64,000 nt of DNA, from NCBI GenBank assembly GCA_021734105.1, contig JAIPJP010000001.1, forward strand, positions 36,603 to 100,602. Reading direction: 5' to 3'. Below, piece by piece: positions 1 through 10,615 of the stretch; position 1 is the stretch's first letter; each line of letters starts with the position of its first letter. A program made the translations under genes and the position numbers. The notes under the pieces are model-generated. The model did not search any database, had not been told where the DNA came from, and saw only the letters and a program-made list of their open reading frames with translations. This DNA comes from Candidatus Woesearchaeota archaeon (GTDB lineage Archaea > Nanobdellota > Nanobdellia > Woesearchaeales > SKGA01).

Positions 1-112
1 TAATCTTGCAAACGCACTAGCAAATATTGTAACGAATAATCTAAGCGAAGGAATTCTTGGTAATCAGACAGAAACTAATGGTAGTTTTAATCCTTATTTA
101 TACTCTTGTTCG

Positions 113-3100
113 TTGTCATTAAGGTATAGGTGTTCTGCTGCTTATGTAATTTGGTCATCTGCGCCTTCAACTAGTGCTCAGTGCGAAGCGTGGTGTGAAG
201 CGCAAGATGCTACAGGTTACTCGTGTTGTCAATTTCTAGGTGGGACTTGTGGTATGAGTTCTAGTAGCACAACGTACACTGGCAACGTTGGCGATAGTGC
301 TGGTTATTGTTCGTGGACGGGGTATAGTAACGGGTATAGTTGCTCTATTGATAGTGATTGTAATAGTGATAATTGTCAGTACAGGCAAGTTAGTCCCAAT
401 GATATTATAACAGTATTTTCTGGTTCTTCAAGTGATATTGTTTGTTGTGATGAGGATGATTGCGTCTATGGGGGTACTTGTTATGATCCTGATACTGCTT
501 CTTCTGATCATACTGGTTGGGGAGTAGAGGTTTATTCTAACCCTGCTGGTACTGGTGGAGATAATGATCAGGTTGTTTGTAATGAGTGGGGTGCTAGTGA
601 TGCTCGGTGGGGTAATCTTGATTATGCTAAAAGCTGGTGTGAATCAGGTACAGGTACTGCTTGGAATCTTGGTTATGGTGATGCTGATGTAGAGGGGTCA
701 TATTATACTGCTTATAGTTCTGCTACAAGACCAACTTATTGCAAGGCAAGTAATGCAACTACTTTAACTCCTAGTGTTGATTGTTGTTGTGGCGATGATG
801 ATGGCGAGTATGTTAGGGGCGGGGATACGGGTGGTGTAGGGTATGAGTCACTTGATGGTGATACTGCTTGTTGTGATTCTGATACTGATTGTGTTGATGC
901 TTCTGGTAATTGTCGTGCTCCTGGTTATGATGCTGGTTCTTATGTGTGCAACTCTACCGGTGGTGTGTGGTTGAAGGATGAGGGCCAGTCTTGCTCTGTT
1001 GATGGTGATTGTTATAGTAATGATAATTGTGTTACTGCTATTAATTCAGCTTCAAAATATTGTGCTCCCGTTGGTGATGAGTGTTCTCGTTCAGGTTATG
1101 CTGGCGGTTATGATACAGGCCAAACATATGATGCGGGAACTACTATATGGATCTGTTTAGGCGATGATTTAGGTGGTATGGCTTGTGCTGATGCTGGTAC
1201 AAATAATTGTGATGAGACTGCTGCAAGTTCAGCAATTAATTATTATTGTAGTACAGGAACGTGGGTTAGCGGAGCTGATAGTGCTGGTCTTGATGCAGGT
1301 TGTGGTGTTTGTTATGTTTGCAGTGTAGGGACCGGTACTGGTCCTTCTTGTTCAGCATATGTTTCAGCTTATACTACTGACGCTGGTGAGTGTACTGGTA
1401 GTACTGGTTGTGAAGGTTCTGATTGTGTTTGTGATGGTTCAGGAAATTGTGATATCAATAATGGCGATACTTGTGCTGGTGATTCACAATGTGTAAGTGG
1501 TGATTGTAATACTCAGCCTGATAATACATGGGCTTGTACTCTTTCTTCTGATGAGTGTGCAGATGTTGCTGGTACTGGTCGAGATATAGGTTATAGTGTT
1601 TGTGTTGGCACTTCAGATTTTACTTGTGCTCGTGAAAGTATTTATAGCGGTACGGATGGATGGGATAGTGTTTCTTGTACTAATACTTGTCAAAGTGATG
1701 GTGACGGTACTTATTCAGATAAAGAAGCCACTTGTTCTTCAGCTGCTTGTGATGCTTTGACTTCTTGTAATGCGGGTTATGCTTGTAATGGTGCTGCAAG
1801 TAAAACTGATGGTAATGATTGTGCTACTAGTTGTGCTAGTAATGATGATGATTATTGTGCAGATGGTTATACTTGTGAGGGTACTTCTTGTGTTGATACA
1901 TTAGATGATGGTTCCACTACTGTTTGTGATGAGGATTCTGATTGTACTAATGATAATTGTGTTACTGCTATTAATTCTGCTTCTAAGTATTGTGCTCCTA
2001 GTGGTCGTGAGTGTTCTCGTTCTGGTTATGCTACTGGTTATGATACTGGTGATGTTTATAGTAATTATATTTGTCTTGGTTATGATGATGGTGGTCAGTT
2101 AGGTAATGTTGCTTGTGAGATTGCTCCTACTGATGCTGGTAGTTATTATTGGTTGTCTGCTTCTGGTTGGTCTTCTGGTACTGGTTCTGGTGTTTCTTGT
2201 TCTTCTACTGATAATTGTTTTGGAGAGTCTCGTTATACTGATTATGCTTGTGATGGTTCTGGTTCTTGTACTCAGCCTGGTACTGCTTATACTAATGGTT
2301 GTTCTTCTGAGACTGTTTTAAATGCTTATGAGTGTACTGCTGGTTCTTGGTCTCAGGTTGGTGCTACTTATTGTTGTGAGAATGCTGCTTCTGGTACTGC
2401 TGTTGTTTCTGATCCTTGTTCTGGTAAGAGTTCTGCTTGTATTAATTCTCGTACTTGTGCTAATGGTGCTGATTCTTGTGATTTTACTGCTAGTGCTGCT
2501 GAGTCTGGTTGTGGTGATGTTGATTGTTCTGGTTATATTTATGGTTGGGTTGGTAATACTTGTCAGCCTTATGGTACTAGTGCTGGTTATTGTGATGCCG
2601 CTGGTACTTGTGATACTTCTGCTGATCCTACTTCTTGTAATGTTGCTCCTGTTGGTTCTGGTGGTCCTACTTGTGGTAGTGCTGGTTGCGTGGATTCTAG
2701 TTCTTGTCTTATTGGAGGTCCAACGTCTGCTTATGATGAGATTTCCGAGGTTTGTCATGTTGATGGTGCTCAGCATGGTTGTTCCGCTGGTCAAGTTTGT
2801 GATGCTACTGGTACTTGTGTTGATACGTCTGCTCCAACATTTGGCGATGTTTCAATTTCTGGTCATGACTATCTATCTGGTTCGACGTATTGGGCTCAAG
2901 CAGGAACTACTTTTACTGTTTCGTATCCTGGCTATGATACGTATAGTATAAATTCTGGAGATCATTACTTACGAGCTTATAATGGTACTCATGAAGCTAG
3001 AATAAATGGTTTTCTTAACGGGGTTGTTGATAATAACGAATGGATAACAAATTCACATATTAATCTTAATGGTGGTGGTGCTCCAAGTATTGTAACACAA

Positions 3101-6100
3101 AGTTCTGGCACTCTTGAAATTGCGTATTATCCTACTATGTCTACAAATAATGCTCAGTTTCCATTGTATGGTTACTTAAGAGATGATGCTAATAATGTAA
3201 ATGGTTATGATCGTTTAAATGATGGTTCTGGAGATGTTACATTGGCTTGTGATAATGATGGTCCTTCTGATCCAAATGTAACAGTTACTGGAGTGACCGA
3301 TGATTCTGTAAGTCTTTCTTGGACTGTGGCAGATGATGAGTCTGGTATTGATTATATTCGTTTGTACTTTCAGAAATCTCCTTATGTTGATGCCGGTGAT
3401 CAAATTGATATTGATGGTTGCGGAGGCACCGTTGAGTATAGTTTGCCTGTGGGTACTGCAAGCTCGTATACTATTGATTGTTTAGAAGGTAATCAAGATT
3501 ATAGATATTATATTAGAGCATATGATAATGTTGGTTTAACGACTAATGATGGGTATTATACGGTAACTACTGAATGTGGAGCTCATTCTGATTGTGCGAG
3601 TGGAGAGTATTGTTCAGCAGCAGGTTCTTGTATTGCGCAAATATCTACTGAAGGAACAGCATGTTCTGATGCTGCTGTGATTGATAGTGATAGTGATAGA
3701 ATGTGTTCTGATACTACTTATGCGAGAAGTTGTTTTAGCGGTTCAAACCAATATTGTCAAGGAACTGGCGCGGCAGCTACTGGCGGTGAATGTCGTCGTA
3801 ATAATGGGGAGTCTTGCAGTACAGGTGATGAATGTGGTAGTGGTGTGTGTGCTTCAGGAACTTGTCGTGCCGCTAATGGAGGGGTTTGTAACTCGCCAGG
3901 AGGTTGTGGTTCTGAAACTTGTTCTGCAGATGATAATAATTGGAATAGTGGAGATGGTCAATGGGGTGGTCCGGCGAATAGCGGTTGTGCAACAAACATG
4001 CCTATTGATGAATACACTGCAAATTTTGCTGATTGTACTGTTATAGGTAGTGGTATTGGTAATTGGAATAGGGATTCTGATTGTGATGAAAATTGTGTAG
4101 GGGATAATGTTACTATAAATTCAGGCGGTCCGGTCTACCCTTATTGGTACGGTTATTGTATAACGTTAAGAACTTATGGTCAGTCTTGTTGTCAAGCTCG
4201 TGGCGGTGGTTCTGGTGGTTCTGGCGGTGGTGATTGCGCTGCTAATTTGGACTGTTATGGTGTGAGTGGTGCTACTGCTGGCGTGTGTCGTAAAGTGAAT
4301 GACCAAACGTGCGATAATGGCGATGAGTGTTTCTCTGATTTATGTATTGGCGGTACTTGTCAATCTGCTTGTGATGGAACTAATGATGGTCAAGGTTGTA
4401 GTTCCACGAGTACTTCGTATACGACATATGGTACTTGTGCTGGTCAGAATGGCGGATCGTATGTTTGCGATACAACCGATGAAGTTGCGTATGATCCCAC
4501 AGTGTATGAAACTCTTTGTTCTAATGCTGCATATTCGGATAGTTGTATGAGTTCTGCAGGAGGTCTTTTTTCTGCTGATGGAGTTTGTGGAAGTACAAGT
4601 AATGCTGCTTGTTGTACGCAGTTTGCTGATGGAACAAGCAGCGATAATAGGCCTTTAGCGTGTACTGCAGGAAATAGTTATGCACCAAGTAGAGAATATT
4701 GTGATTATGTTGGTGATGGTAGTTGGGATACAGGAACGACTGCTGGAACAAATAAATTTAGAACTGATGCTAGTGATAATAAATGTGTTGCCTGTGATGC
4801 AAATAATAAGGAGTACGCTGTTACAAATTTAGGTACATCCGATGGTTTTTGTGAGTATGGTTGTGGTGCAAATATTTATTGTGATGAACACGCATCTGGT
4901 TATGATATAGGTCGTTGTGACCAAACAGGTCAGTCTTATTATGAAGATGAATGCACTTCGACGTGTGGATTACAAGACGTAACTACTTGTGAAGCAACAG
5001 GAACAGGATGTACTGCATCAAGTGAGTGTGATGAAAATAACATAAATACTTGTGCAAATAATGGCGGTCTTGACGCGACAACACCTTATGGTTATTGTTC
5101 AACTTGTACTGTTCAGGCAGCTACAGCATCTGAAAATGCTTGTAAATGTGCTACTTGTGGAACAGATAATTCAGGCGTTCCAACGTGCACGATAAATCCT
5201 TGGAGTGCTAGTAATTGGGCTGGTTCTCAAGGTGGAGATGTTTGTTGTGGAGATGAAAGCGCTGAAAACGCAAGATATAGAAATGAGTATGCTTCTTGGA
5301 CTGATCAATTTTCTTGGAATGATGATACGACCGACACAGCTTGTTGTAGTTCAACAGAACTTTGTACTTATGGAGGTAATTGTTATACTGTTGGACCTAA
5401 AGATTTAGATTCTGTGGGTGGACGCGAAGCTTATTGTCATAGTAGTGGTGGTGGTTGGTTAAACACGGATTATCATGAAAGTTATTGTGATGATTACTAT
5501 GGTGATGATGCTTGGAATGTAGGAAATGGAGACGCTATTGGTGATAATTGGACTCCTGTAAATGGTAACACTGTTGATCAGAATTATTGTAATGCAAGGC
5601 AAGCAACCGAAGGAGGAAATTTTGTTGCTAGTCTTCATTGTTGTTGTGGTGATGATGAAAACGAAAATCGTAATAGTCAAGTGTGTTCTGGCGTAACTGA
5701 TTGTGCGACTACGCCAACTGATGATGCTTGTTGTGATGCGTCAACTGATTGTGTTGAAGCTGGTGTTTGTTATACTCATTATCCTGATGGTTTGGCTGAT
5801 TCTTCAGATACTTCTGTTGATTTTGGTGATGAATGGGGGACGTGTGTTAGCGGTACGTGGGTTGATCCAGATGTTGTGGAGGCTCGTTGTACTGAAATTA
5901 ATAATCATGCTTCTGGAACTGCAACTTGGATTGTTGCTGGCGAGATATGTGGAGAGTATTCTGATACGACTACGTCTGCTTGTTGTGGTGATGATGACGG
6001 CGAGAATTATATTAATTGTGTTGCAGAAACGAACGCTAAATTTCCCGACACGGGTACTTGTGATTCGAGTGATGCTGCTTGTTGTGATGCTTCTTCTGAT

Positions 6101-9100
6101 TGTGTAACTGCTGATGATCAAACTTGTGTTACTAATGCAACGACTCATGATGGTGATGGTGATGGTGATTTAGATTACTGTCTTGATGGGGAGTGGCATG
6201 ATTGTGCTGACGATTCTCATTGTGCAAGTGATGAAATTTGTGTAGGTGATGATTTTAATTCCGAAGGTCATTGTTCTTATGAGTATTTATGTCGTGATGT
6301 TGATTTTGAAGCTCCTGGAGGCACACTTGATATTGGTGAATGGGCATATTATGTTGATTTAGATGGTTCCGCGGCTGGTTTTAGTTGTGGTGATCACGCA
6401 TTTACTGTTCCTGCAACTCCATCAGGAAATTTTTGTGTGCGATTCGATATTTTGGATGGAGATAGTCATAGTATTGTTGCAGGGACATCGTTGAATCATG
6501 ATACTAATGAATATTTTCCTGCATCAACTAATACTGACAATAATAATTGGGATGCAAATTTTGTGTATGATTATGATGATTCAACAAGTAATTTTATTCA
6601 AGCAGAACCTCGTGAGTGGGAAACAGGTATTGCTCTTTTCTTTGGTAATTATATTTCTGAAGCAGGTGATACAGATAGTGCTTCCAGTCAATCTGGTTGT
6701 TGTGATGATGCTACTGATTGTGTTTATGATGCAAATATATTGAGAAATGTTACTCCTGCATCGCGTAGTGGGTTTACTGAAAATGATTATGGTTGTTATG
6801 ATCAAACCACTCTACTAGAGACTGGTTATGGTGATGGTGGTAATGATGATAGTGCTGAGTATTGTGGTGCTTCTAATACTTGGTATGCTGCTGATGAAGA
6901 TGGAACTGCTTGTAGCGCTGCAGGTGGTGTTTGGGGAAGTAGCGGTATAACGGGTGGTGATGTTGCTGACGCTCCTTTTGGCGGATATATTGTTGGTTCT
7001 GAGACTGAGTGTTGCGGTGATGATGCTGGTGAGAATTATCGAGGTAGTGCATCTGGTGGTGATGGTTATCAATCGTTAGTTGGTGGTACCTATGCTTGTT
7101 GCGATGCTTCTACGGATTGTGTTGATGATTCTGGTAATTGTGTTTCTAATACGGGAACTCATTCGTATACTGGTGTTTGGTGGGAATGTCAAAGCGGTGT
7201 TTGGGTTGATGTTGGTTGTACTGCTTCAACGAATTGTGCTGCTGCGCAGTATTGTGATACAACGACGCATGTATGTACTGCGATTGCAACGCCGTCTATT
7301 ACTGCTTCTGCTCAAGATGATTGGGTGTTAAATGGTCGTCTTGGCGGTGTTGATGTGGATTGGTCTGGAACTCTTCCTTCGCCAACTGATTTATCTTATG
7401 AATATCATGTTGAAATGACGCTTCCTTCTTCAAGTACTTTGTATGATGGTAGTTCCACTTCGTATGATCATTCTTCTTTAGAGGATAATGTTAGGTATTG
7501 TTATCGCGCAAGAATAGAAAATACTGGTACTGTAACTCACTATGGTTCTTGGACTTCAAATGTTTGTAATGTAACTTTAGACAGGACTGGTTTTAAAGCT
7601 GATTATCCCGCGATTACTTTAGATCCGCAAAATAGTGCAAGTAATCGTATTGATGTCGGATGGAATGACTTAAATGTTTCAGCTGCAGGAAACGATGATT
7701 CTCCACGTGATAGGTATGTGAAAGTTAATGGAACAATTCAGCACACTACTTCTCGAAGTTATGCTTTGTGTTCTATGACTGATTCTTGGGGCGTGAGTTC
7801 TTGTACTAATTATGATGTGTATGGTAGCACTGCTGCTCGAGATAGTATGGTAACAGCAATTAATAGTTTATCTGCTGGGCAAAATGTTGTTGTTACAACG
7901 TATGATGAACCTGCAAATAATTTGCCTGGTTCTTTGGCTACGGCTTTAGAAAGTTTGGGTGCGTCAACTGAAGCGCTCGCTTCTATGCAAACACGTGGTA
8001 GTTATATTTTACTTGGTCAAAAAGGTTTATCTGAAGGAACAGCGTTTTCTGAAAGCCAAGGGATGCGTTATGGTTCTTCAATTTATGAAACGTTTGATTA
8101 TCAAATTTTTAGGGCAAACAGTTTGAGTAGTACGTTTGAGCCTGTTGGTGGTTACTTTGATGATTTCTCTGATGGTGATTACACAAACAACGTCGCGTGG
8201 ACTGCTCATTATGCTACGTTGGATGCTTCAAATGGTTATTTGAATCTCACTGCTTCGGATAGTTCGTATGAATCAAGAGCGTACACCTCTATTAATTTAC
8301 CTCCTGACGTAGTTGTTGAATTTGATGCGTATGTTCAGACGGGTGATTACATGATGTGGGGCTTTGCAGCAACACCTTATACTTTTAGTAATGGTCAACC
8401 AACAAGTGGTGTTCGTCATTGGACTGATATTGATGATCCTTCATTTCCTATGTCTGATATTCGAGAGTATGGTGAACCTGATGGTGTTTTTGATATTAAA
8501 GATGCAACAAATATGCCGCATAGCATAGATATTAATGAAGATGAATGGGTGCATTATAAAATTATTAAAAAAGGAAGTAATTACAAATTCTTCGCCAGCG
8601 ATATATTGGTTTATGAAGCAATTGATGATACCTTTGCAGATAGCACGCTACGTTTCTTTGTAGGATCTAACACCAATGGGACAAATGCAGAGATATACTT
8701 TGACAACGTACGTGTTTCTCCTTTAGTTTCTACTGATTCCTATGAAGATACTGATGCAACTGATAATGCCCAGCCAGTAGCGCCTTCTGGTCTTGGTTCT
8801 TCAAGTCACACGGTAAGTACGTGGAGCGGCGATACAACTATTGATGCAACTTGGACTGATGCAAGTGACTCTGGTGATGATTACTTCTATTATATGTATG
8901 GTGTTGATTCCATGGGCAACATAAATTCCTTTGACTATGATACATTTGAGACATCTTATAGTGGTTGGTATCCGCGAACAGATCTAACAATTTCCAGACA
9001 AACAACATATTCTCATGGTGGTTCTTATTCCTTGCGTGCTTATGATGACGCAACTGATGGACAGTTTCAATTCTATAAAAATTATGGATCGACACTTCAG

Positions 9101-10135
9101 GATGAGTCAACTGACTTTGTTGCGGTTGCTTATGTCTACTTACCAACAGCAGGAGATTTAACTGGTGTGAGATTACAATATCGTGATGGCGGTTCTAATT
9201 TTTACACTGGTGGAACAACTTATGATACTAATTATTACACTGACTTGGATCAATGGGTAAGAATAGAGCTTCCTTTCACTGCAGATGCATCAAGTGGTAA
9301 CGGATTTCTCACTTTTCAGGCAACTGGCTCTGAAGTTGATGATTACATGTTTGTTGATGATGTGAGAGTTTACAAACGAGTCGATGATACCATCACTTCC
9401 GGTCTTGATGGTTATGCAACATCGTTTACATCTGGCGCATCAGATATTTCTTCCACGACTAAAGATGTAGAAAATAGTGCGCAGTCAAAAACTAGTAGTT
9501 CTTTATCTTCTGGACAAAATTATTATTTCAATATTAAGTCAGTTGACAACGCAAACAATTGGGATGTTGCTGCTGATACTGCTCATTATGGTCCTTTTTG
9601 GGTTTGTGCGGATAGTGCGGGTGTTGTTGATAGTGATGGTGATGACCCTTCAGGAACAGTAAGTCTTACAGATGCTGATACTACTTGTGGTTGTAGCGCG
9701 CAAGATATTACTGATTCAGACGCATGTGATTCTGATGTTGATGGTACTGCTGATGGTGTTTGTTCTGCTGGTGGTGTTTGCGCGGTTCCTTCGCCTGTTG
9801 GTAAACAATTTAAAGTTGATGATAATTCGGGTGCGAGTACGCTCTTAATTGATGAGAGTGGTGATGTGTTTATTGGTGGTTTGGTGTATGATTCGCAAGG
9901 TAGTTTAACGCCGCCAGCTAATTCTTTTATTGTAAAAAATAATGCTGGAACGGTTGTTTCTTATGTGAGTAGTAGCGGCGACTTGTATTTGCTTGGGCAA
10001 TATTATGCGCAGTCAGCTATGAGTCCAACAGGATCTAATCTTTTAGTGAAAAATACGACGGGTACGGTTGCGTACTTTGATGATGCTGGTAATCTTCGTC
10101 TTAACGGAGCATTAATTACTGGTTATAGCGAATAG
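113..10135 (+). CDS. Giant secreted, cysteine-rich multidomain surface protein, at least 3340 aa. The reading frame is open from nt 2, so the gene is probably truncated at its 5' end by the window.
   Basis: A single uninterrupted ORF of 10 kb. Cys, Gly, Asp, Thr and Ser are extremely abundant. A 'CCGDD(D/A)GEN' module followed by 'ACCDASTDCV' recurs several times. There is an FN3-like segment ('VTVTGVTDDSVSLSWT...YYIRAYD') and two ConA/LamG-like beta-sandwich segments ('...LRFFVGSNTNGTNAEIYFDNVRV', '...FVDDVRVY'). C-terminal beta-strand repeats are present ('IVKNNAGTVVSYVSSSGDLYL' / 'LVKNTTGTVAYFDDAGNLRL'). The annotated start is a TTG. No stop codon occurs in frame between nt 2 and nt 113. 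Confidence 0.8.
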   Translation: MSLRYRCSAAYVIWSSAPSTSAQCEAWCEAQDATGYSCCQFLGGTCGMSSSSTTYTGNVGDSAGYCSWTGYSNGYSCSIDSDCNSDNCQYRQVSPNDIITVFSGSSSDIVCCDEDDCVYGGTCYDPDTASSDHTGWGVEVYSNPAGTGGDNDQVVCNEWGASDARWGNLDYAKSWCESGTGTAWNLGYGDADVEGSYYTAYSSATRPTYCKASNATTLTPSVDCCCGDDDGEYVRGGDTGGVGYESLDGDTACCDSDTDCVDASGNCRAPGYDAGSYVCNSTGGVWLKDEGQSCSVDGDCYSNDNCVTAINSASKYCAPVGDECSRSGYAGGYDTGQTYDAGTTIWICLGDDLGGMACADAGTNNCDETAASSAINYYCSTGTWVSGADSAGLDAGCGVCYVCSVGTGTGPSCSAYVSAYTTDAGECTGSTGCEGSDCVCDGSGNCDINNGDTCAGDSQCVSGDCNTQPDNTWACTLSSDECADVAGTGRDIGYSVCVGTSDFTCARESIYSGTDGWDSVSCTNTCQSDGDGTYSDKEATCSSAACDALTSCNAGYACNGAASKTDGNDCATSCASNDDDYCADGYTCEGTSCVDTLDDGSTTVCDEDSDCTNDNCVTAINSASKYCAPSGRECSRSGYATGYDTGDVYSNYICLGYDDGGQLGNVACEIAPTDAGSYYWLSASGWSSGTGSGVSCSSTDNCFGESRYTDYACDGSGSCTQPGTAYTNGCSSETVLNAYECTAGSWSQVGATYCCENAASGTAVVSDPCSGKSSACINSRTCANGADSCDFTASAAESGCGDVDCSGYIYGWVGNTCQPYGTSAGYCDAAGTCDTSADPTSCNVAPVGSGGPTCGSAGCVDSSSCLIGGPTSAYDEISEVCHVDGAQHGCSAGQVCDATGTCVDTSAPTFGDVSISGHDYLSGSTYWAQAGTTFTVSYPGYDTYSINSGDHYLRAYNGTHEARINGFLNGVVDNNEWITNSHINLNGGGAPSIVTQSSGTLEIAYYPTMSTNNAQFPLYGYLRDDANNVNGYDRLNDGSGDVTLACDNDGPSDPNVTVTGVTDDSVSLSWTVADDESGIDYIRLYFQKSPYVDAGDQIDIDGCGGTVEYSLPVGTASSYTIDCLEGNQDYRYYIRAYDNVGLTTNDGYYTVTTECGAHSDCASGEYCSAAGSCIAQISTEGTACSDAAVIDSDSDRMCSDTTYARSCFSGSNQYCQGTGAAATGGECRRNNGESCSTGDECGSGVCASGTCRAANGGVCNSPGGCGSETCSADDNNWNSGDGQWGGPANSGCATNMPIDEYTANFADCTVIGSGIGNWNRDSDCDENCVGDNVTINSGGPVYPYWYGYCITLRTYGQSCCQARGGGSGGSGGGDCAANLDCYGVSGATAGVCRKVNDQTCDNGDECFSDLCIGGTCQSACDGTNDGQGCSSTSTSYTTYGTCAGQNGGSYVCDTTDEVAYDPTVYETLCSNAAYSDSCMSSAGGLFSADGVCGSTSNAACCTQFADGTSSDNRPLACTAGNSYAPSREYCDYVGDGSWDTGTTAGTNKFRTDASDNKCVACDANNKEYAVTNLGTSDGFCEYGCGANIYCDEHASGYDIGRCDQTGQSYYEDECTSTCGLQDVTTCEATGTGCTASSECDENNINTCANNGGLDATTPYGYCSTCTVQAATASENACKCATCGTDNSGVPTCTINPWSASNWAGSQGGDVCCGDESAENARYRNEYASWTDQFSWNDDTTDTACCSSTELCTYGGNCYTVGPKDLDSVGGREAYCHSSGGGWLNTDYHESYCDDYYGDDAWNVGNGDAIGDNWTPVNGNTVDQNYCNARQATEGGNFVASLHCCCGDDENENRNSQVCSGVTDCATTPTDDACCDASTDCVEAGVCYTHYPDGLADSSDTSVDFGDEWGTCVSGTWVDPDVVEARCTEINNHASGTATWIVAGEICGEYSDTTTSACCGDDDGENYINCVAETNAKFPDTGTCDSSDAACCDASSDCVTADDQTCVTNATTHDGDGDGDLDYCLDGEWHDCADDSHCASDEICVGDDFNSEGHCSYEYLCRDVDFEAPGGTLDIGEWAYYVDLDGSAAGFSCGDHAFTVPATPSGNFCVRFDILDGDSHSIVAGTSLNHDTNEYFPASTNTDNNNWDANFVYDYDDSTSNFIQAEPREWETGIALFFGNYISEAGDTDSASSQSGCCDDATDCVYDANILRNVTPASRSGFTENDYGCYDQTTLLETGYGDGGNDDSAEYCGASNTWYAADEDGTACSAAGGVWGSSGITGGDVADAPFGGYIVGSETECCGDDAGENYRGSASGGDGYQSLVGGTYACCDASTDCVDDSGNCVSNTGTHSYTGVWWECQSGVWVDVGCTASTNCAAAQYCDTTTHVCTAIATPSITASAQDDWVLNGRLGGVDVDWSGTLPSPTDLSYEYHVEMTLPSSSTLYDGSSTSYDHSSLEDNVRYCYRARIENTGTVTHYGSWTSNVCNVTLDRTGFKADYPAITLDPQNSASNRIDVGWNDLNVSAAGNDDSPRDRYVKVNGTIQHTTSRSYALCSMTDSWGVSSCTNYDVYGSTAARDSMVTAINSLSAGQNVVVTTYDEPANNLPGSLATALESLGASTEALASMQTRGSYILLGQKGLSEGTAFSESQGMRYGSSIYETFDYQIFRANSLSSTFEPVGGYFDDFSDGDYTNNVAWTAHYATLDASNGYLNLTASDSSYESRAYTSINLPPDVVVEFDAYVQTGDYMMWGFAATPYTFSNGQPTSGVRHWTDIDDPSFPMSDIREYGEPDGVFDIKDATNMPHSIDINEDEWVHYKIIKKGSNYKFFASDILVYEAIDDTFADSTLRFFVGSNTNGTNAEIYFDNVRVSPLVSTDSYEDTDATDNAQPVAPSGLGSSSHTVSTWSGDTTIDATWTDASDSGDDYFYYMYGVDSMGNINSFDYDTFETSYSGWYPRTDLTISRQTTYSHGGSYSLRAYDDATDGQFQFYKNYGSTLQDESTDFVAVAYVYLPTAGDLTGVRLQYRDGGSNFYTGGTTYDTNYYTDLDQWVRIELPFTADASSGNGFLTFQATGSEVDDYMFVDDVRVYKRVDDTITSGLDGYATSFTSGASDISSTTKDVENSAQSKTSSSLSSGQNYYFNIKSVDNANNWDVAADTAHYGPFWVCADSAGVVDSDGDDPSGTVSLTDADTTCGCSAQDITDSDACDSDVDGTADGVCSAGGVCAVPSPVGKQFKVDDNSGASTLLIDESGDVFIGGLVYDSQGSLTPPANSFIVKNNAGTVVSYVSSSGDLYLLGQYYAQSAMSPTGSNLLVKNTTGTVAYFDDAGNLRLNGALITGYSE

Positions 10136-10148
10136 GAGGTATGAATAG

Positions 10149-10559
10149 ATGGTACAACAAAAAACAAAAACAAAATCAAAAACAAAATCAACAAGTAAGC
10201 CGAAGAGCAAACAAAAGAGTGTTGCGAAAAAGTCTAGTCTTGCTTTGGTTATAGTTGCGGTAGTAGCAATAGTGGCTTTGCTTCTAAGTGTGGCTGCATG
10301 GATTTTTCCAGTTAATAATACTAAAGATGTAAGTTGGGAATGTGTGCAAACAGTGTGTACGGAATTAATGAGTGAAGCTGAAATTGAAGCACAAGTCTGT
10401 TCGCAGACTGATCAAGGGATGGTGTGTTCTTTAGAAGTTGATGGACAAGTAAGTGTTATTCCTCGTGAAGAACTCAACTTTACTGGTTTGCAATTGTGTA
10501 AAGCGCAAGCGTGTATTAAGGAAGTACAAACAAGACCGGCAAATTATTCGTTAGAATAA
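10149..10559 (+). CDS. Small membrane protein with a Lys-rich N-terminal tail, one TM helix and a Cys-containing ectodomain.
   Basis: A GGAGG motif ('aggaggt') sits just upstream. The N-terminus reads 'KTKTKSKTKSTSKPKSKQKS' and is followed by a hydrophobic helix 'LALVIVAVVAIVALLLSVAAWIF'. The gene is tightly spaced after the giant gene. Confidence 0.5.
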   Translation: MVQQKTKTKSKTKSTSKPKSKQKSVAKKSSLALVIVAVVAIVALLLSVAAWIFPVNNTKDVSWECVQTVCTELMSEAEIEAQVCSQTDQGMVCSLEVDGQVSVIPREELNFTGLQLCKAQACIKEVQTRPANYSLE

Positions 10560-10615
10560 GTTTAAGTAAGCTGAACTGATAAAACTGAACTGATAAAAAA
10601 ACAGGAGATGAAATA

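Noticed and set aside
978-2951. Several Leu/Val-rich and Thr/Ser/Arg-rich ORFs on both strands inside the giant gene, for example 2322..2951 + and 2318..2794 -.
   Set aside because: They are alternative-frame translations of the GT-rich codon repeats (ggt/tct/tgt/gct) of the giant ORF. They are low-complexity, have no RBS and are fully nested within it.
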